Assembly: GCF_001194135.2 (NCBI RefSeq)
Contig: NC_068992.1
Span: forward strand, 30,440,268-30,478,287
From: Octopus bimaculoides
Lineage: Eukaryota
Direction of reading: 5' to 3'
DNA: 38,020 bases
A program made the translations under genes and the position numbers. Of the stretch, positions 34,036-38,020 are shown one piece after another. Numbering within the stretch: the first letter of the stretch is position 1; every line of letters begins with the position of its first letter. The notes under the pieces are model-generated. The model saw nothing but the letters and a program-made list of their open reading frames with translations, ran no database searches and had not been told where the DNA came from.

Positions 34036-37000
34036 TAAGTGTTAACTGCAAACGTAAACAGACTGTACATGAAAAGAAAGAATAAAGGTTTTCAACGGTA
34101 ACCGTTTGGAGCAAAGGGGCACTAGGTGGCGTTAAAAGACGCGGGAGGCGCTATCGAAGCGCTGGAAACCCTCATTTTTGGTAAGTTTCATTTGAGACAT
34201 ATGAGTAGAGGCCATATTTTCACATCTCTGTGACAGTTAAAGAAACAATGTCTTTTTGTTTCAAATTTTCAAAATTTGAAGATACTTTAAGAACATAAGC
34301 TTTAAAACAGAAGTACATGAATGAGAGACCTACTAGTCCTGGCTAGCCCGAGGAAACTCCAGCCTGAATTTTATTATTTTGTGGAACTTCTAGAACTTTA
34401 TATCTTATTGTTCCTAAGACCATCTTTTTCTGACGTTATACAAAATTGGAGCGCCTCTCCCACTTCTAGCTCTCATATACTCTATTAATCTTTATTCTAT
34501 TCTTTTAAAATCTCTACCAAATATTCGTTTGTGCACATGTTTCAATATGTAGGGATGCTGTGGATATTTGTTGTGGATATATAAACGCGGAATGATTACA
34601 AGGGAATTGTTTTCAGTTTCTACTTCACAAGGAAATGTATATCAAAGTGTTTACCCATGTTCTGCACTTACAACTTTCCCGTGAGCTATAGATGTATATC
34701 TAAAGACCACAGTTTTTTTTATAATTCGTCCATCTCCTTGATTAATAATAGAACTGTATATTAATTTACTTTTTTCCTAACTTATATAATTTTTGCTTCT
34801 AAACTGCAACTTCAAAATACTTAATTTTAGCTGATTGAATTCCATTCATTTTCTAAACCTTGCAATTCAGGTAAAATATCACTGTTCCGTATAACATTTC
34901 ATTATTGTTCTCCGTTTGTAATGTTTGCTGTAACATCTAGTCCGAATTACAGTTTTTCTTTAGTAATTCTATAGCGCTTGGCATGGAAGGGGTGTATCCG
35001 TTCAAGTTAACGCTACAATAAATACACAAAAACAGCTCTTCTCTGTCTTATATATATATATATATATATATAATTTTGAAAATGCAGTCATATGATTTTT
35101 CAAAACAAACATCAAAGGATGGGACATAAAAATGTTATGAAGTATTCTTCTAGATATTGCATACTCCAGTTTCTAGCTCGGTGTAAAATATCCCAAGTAA
35201 CTCGGTTTGTATTGAATAGTATTAAAGTAAATCTAGCAACAGAGGGAAAAGAAAATGGTCGCGCAAACTTGCACAGAAACAAACATAGAATAATGCTTTC
35301 TAATTTTGCCAAAAGGCCACCAATTCTTAGGCTAGAGGTAAAGTTGACTACAGCCGGTATGTATATATAACAATTGGTTACAAAAGAATAGAAGGCAAAT
35401 TTGATACGTCGTGAAGTAAACTCAGTATGTAAAGAGCGAGAGCATAGGCCGAAATATTTTTCTGTCTCTATAAAAACTTCCAATTTTAGAACTTTTTATT
35501 TTTCGTAATTTGTGCTCCAAGCGAGTTATTTGGAGGAGGACAGTGTCGTCAATTCCATCAACAATGTTTGAGTGATATTTTTTGTTATAGATCAGATCCC
35601 GAAATGATCAAATTAAATTTGAAACGGGTGGCAATTGATCAAATAAATTGATTTAACATAGCAAATATCGCAAGGCACACTTCTCAAGCATTAGCAATTC
35701 TGCAATAAGCCTCGAAAGTAATAATAAAAACAACGACGACGACGAAAACAACAACAACAATGAAGACCTTTATGATGATATTTCGGAATATGTGTGTCCA
35801 ACAGATGAAAATATATCAAAGGGTAAAATTATCAGCAATTGGAAGCATGAGATTAATATCAAAATAAAGGAAATTCAAATAATTCTATATTTTAATTTAC
35901 ATATTATAATAGGCTTGTATGTCAAGGAGTAACTCCATAGGTTAATGAAATTCTGGCGATAAGACTCCTCTTCCAAATATTATTGCCTGCTTTGCAGATG
36001 TAAGCTGGAATCATTAACACACTATAGCATTCTAAATCTCATTCAACTACTGGTGCTTAATTTGTCAAGAGAGCTTAGCCGTTAACGAAACTATTACAAG
36101 GACGAACAACTTAACGCCAAACAACTTCCAAAATAGTCACCTAAAAGCGGAAAATATATCTCCCTTGTGTTTCTCATGATCGGAGCGTTCCTATACTTTC
36201 TCATATTTCGACAAAATATACTCAAGTGAGCAAGTTTCAACACTGAAACATTGTGTGGAACTATTTCATAAGGACTGCTTAACTGTGCATATCTTTGTCC
36301 AAGTCCGCTTCCAAAAGTCACCATCTGATTTATTGTCACACCATGAAATAGACAGTACAGTCAACACTGGCAAACATCTCGTAATTAATTAGGCAATAGG
36401 CATCTTGTTCTGATTTCAAATACATACGATCTCAAATGTTCTATTTTGAAGTTTGTACTTGAAGATTGTTGAAAACCTCACACCACCAGCTGTGCTTAAT
36501 CAAATTGTAATATTTACCTACGAAATATTCTGCCCAATGTAAGAGTATGGTAAGATAAATACATCTTGAATAGAGAATCTAAGGCTGAATCGGAAGAATA
36601 ATACCACACACACACATACTCACACACACACACACACACATATATATATCTATATCTATATAAAGCATGAGAGAGAGGCATATATACGTAGATAGGTACA
36701 TATATATATATATATACATACATACATGCATACAAACAGACATAAATACATACATATATATANNNNNNNNNNNNNNNNNNNNNNNNNNNNNNNNNNNNNN
36801 NNNNNNNNNNNNNNNNNNNNNNNNNNNNNNNNNNNNNNNNNNNNNNNNNNNNNNNNNNNNNNNNNNNNNNNNNNNNNNNNNNNNNNNNNNNNNNNNNNNN
36901 NNNNNNNNNNNNNNNNNNNNNNNNNNNNNNNNNNNNNNNNNNNNNNNNNNNNNNNNNNNNNNNNNNNNNNNNNNNNNNNNNNNNNNNNNNNNNNNNNNNN

Positions 37001-37535
37001 NNNNNNNNNNNNNNNNNNNNNNNNNNNNNNNNNNNNNNNNNNNNNNNNNNNNNNNNNNNNNNNNNNNNNNNNNNNNNNNNNNNNNNNNNNNNNNNNNNNN
37101 NNNNNNNNNNNNNNNNNNNNNNNNNNNNNNNNNNNNNNNNNNNNNNNNNNNNNNNNNNNNNNNNNNNNNNNNNNNNNNNNNNNNNNNNNNNNNNNNNNNN
37201 NNNNNNNNNNNNNNNNNNNNNNNNNNNNNNNNNNNNNNNNNNNNNNNNNNNNNNNNNNNNNNNNNNNNNNNNNNNNNNNNNNNNNNNNNNNNNNNNNNNN
37301 NNNNNNNNNNNNNNNNNNNNNNNNNNNNNNNNNNNNNNNNNNNNNNNNNNNNNNNNNNNNNNNNNNNNNNNNNNNNNNNNNNNNNNNNNNNNNNNNNNNN
37401 NNNNNNNNNNNNNNNNNNNNNNNNNNNNNNNNNNNNNNNNNNNNNNNNNNNNNNNNNNNNNNNNNNNNNNNNNNNNNNNNNNNNNNNNNNNNNNNNNNNN
37501 NNNNNNNNNNNNNNNNNNNNNNNNNNNNNNNNNNN

Positions 37536-37570
<35 letters not shown>

Positions 37571-38020
37571 TTCATATATGTATGTATGTATGCAAGTGTG
37601 TGCGTGACTGTGTCATGGGTATGGGTGTGTGTGCGTGTGTGTCTGATATATTTGCCGTGTATATACAAACCAAATTCAATAGAAGAATATTTTGTTCATG
37701 CCACTTTTTGATAAATGTCATGCGTATAACTTTGGCTATCGATTCATTTATGGAGATTTAAGCCATTAAAGAAATATATGTGCTTTATTTTGCCTATTGA
37801 ATTAGGTTCTGCATCTAACACAAATGCATACCTATGAATGTATATACGTTTCTATATATTTGTGTGAGTGTATCTATATATATGTGTATATATACACACA
37901 CATTTACATATATACATATCTTTATACACAAAGACATATGTATTTAAGTAATTCACATATACATGTGTACATATGTATACACACATGCACATCTATATAT
38001 GTATATATATATATATATAT

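Noticed and set aside
34480-34620. LVIIPRL... as a Helitron Pif1 helicase motif
   Set aside because: The following QFP..LAF..TINKSQG motif is absent.

Overview
AT-rich, microsatellite-dense eukaryotic scaffold segment with eight N-gaps, each flanked on at least one side by (TA)n. The tRNA-derived SINE families, (AAT)n tails and repeat spectrum resemble an octopus/cephalopod genome (inference). No intact protein-coding gene could be identified. The recognisable content is decayed mobile DNA: three Penelope-like (RT and/or GIY-YIG) relics, an R4/Dong-type RLE retrotransposon 3' end, other LINE RT relics, two mariner relics, a HINE/DINE-1-like element and several SINEs. The standout feature is a 655-bp near-perfect palindrome (6866-7520) made of two head-to-head Penelope-type terminal repeats. 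Each arm carries a type I hammerhead ribozyme with a complete catalytic core, so both strands encode a putative self-cleaving RNA. Decayed hammerhead relics sit at the 3' ends of the other Penelope fragments. All alignments and translations were done by eye; no searches were run.
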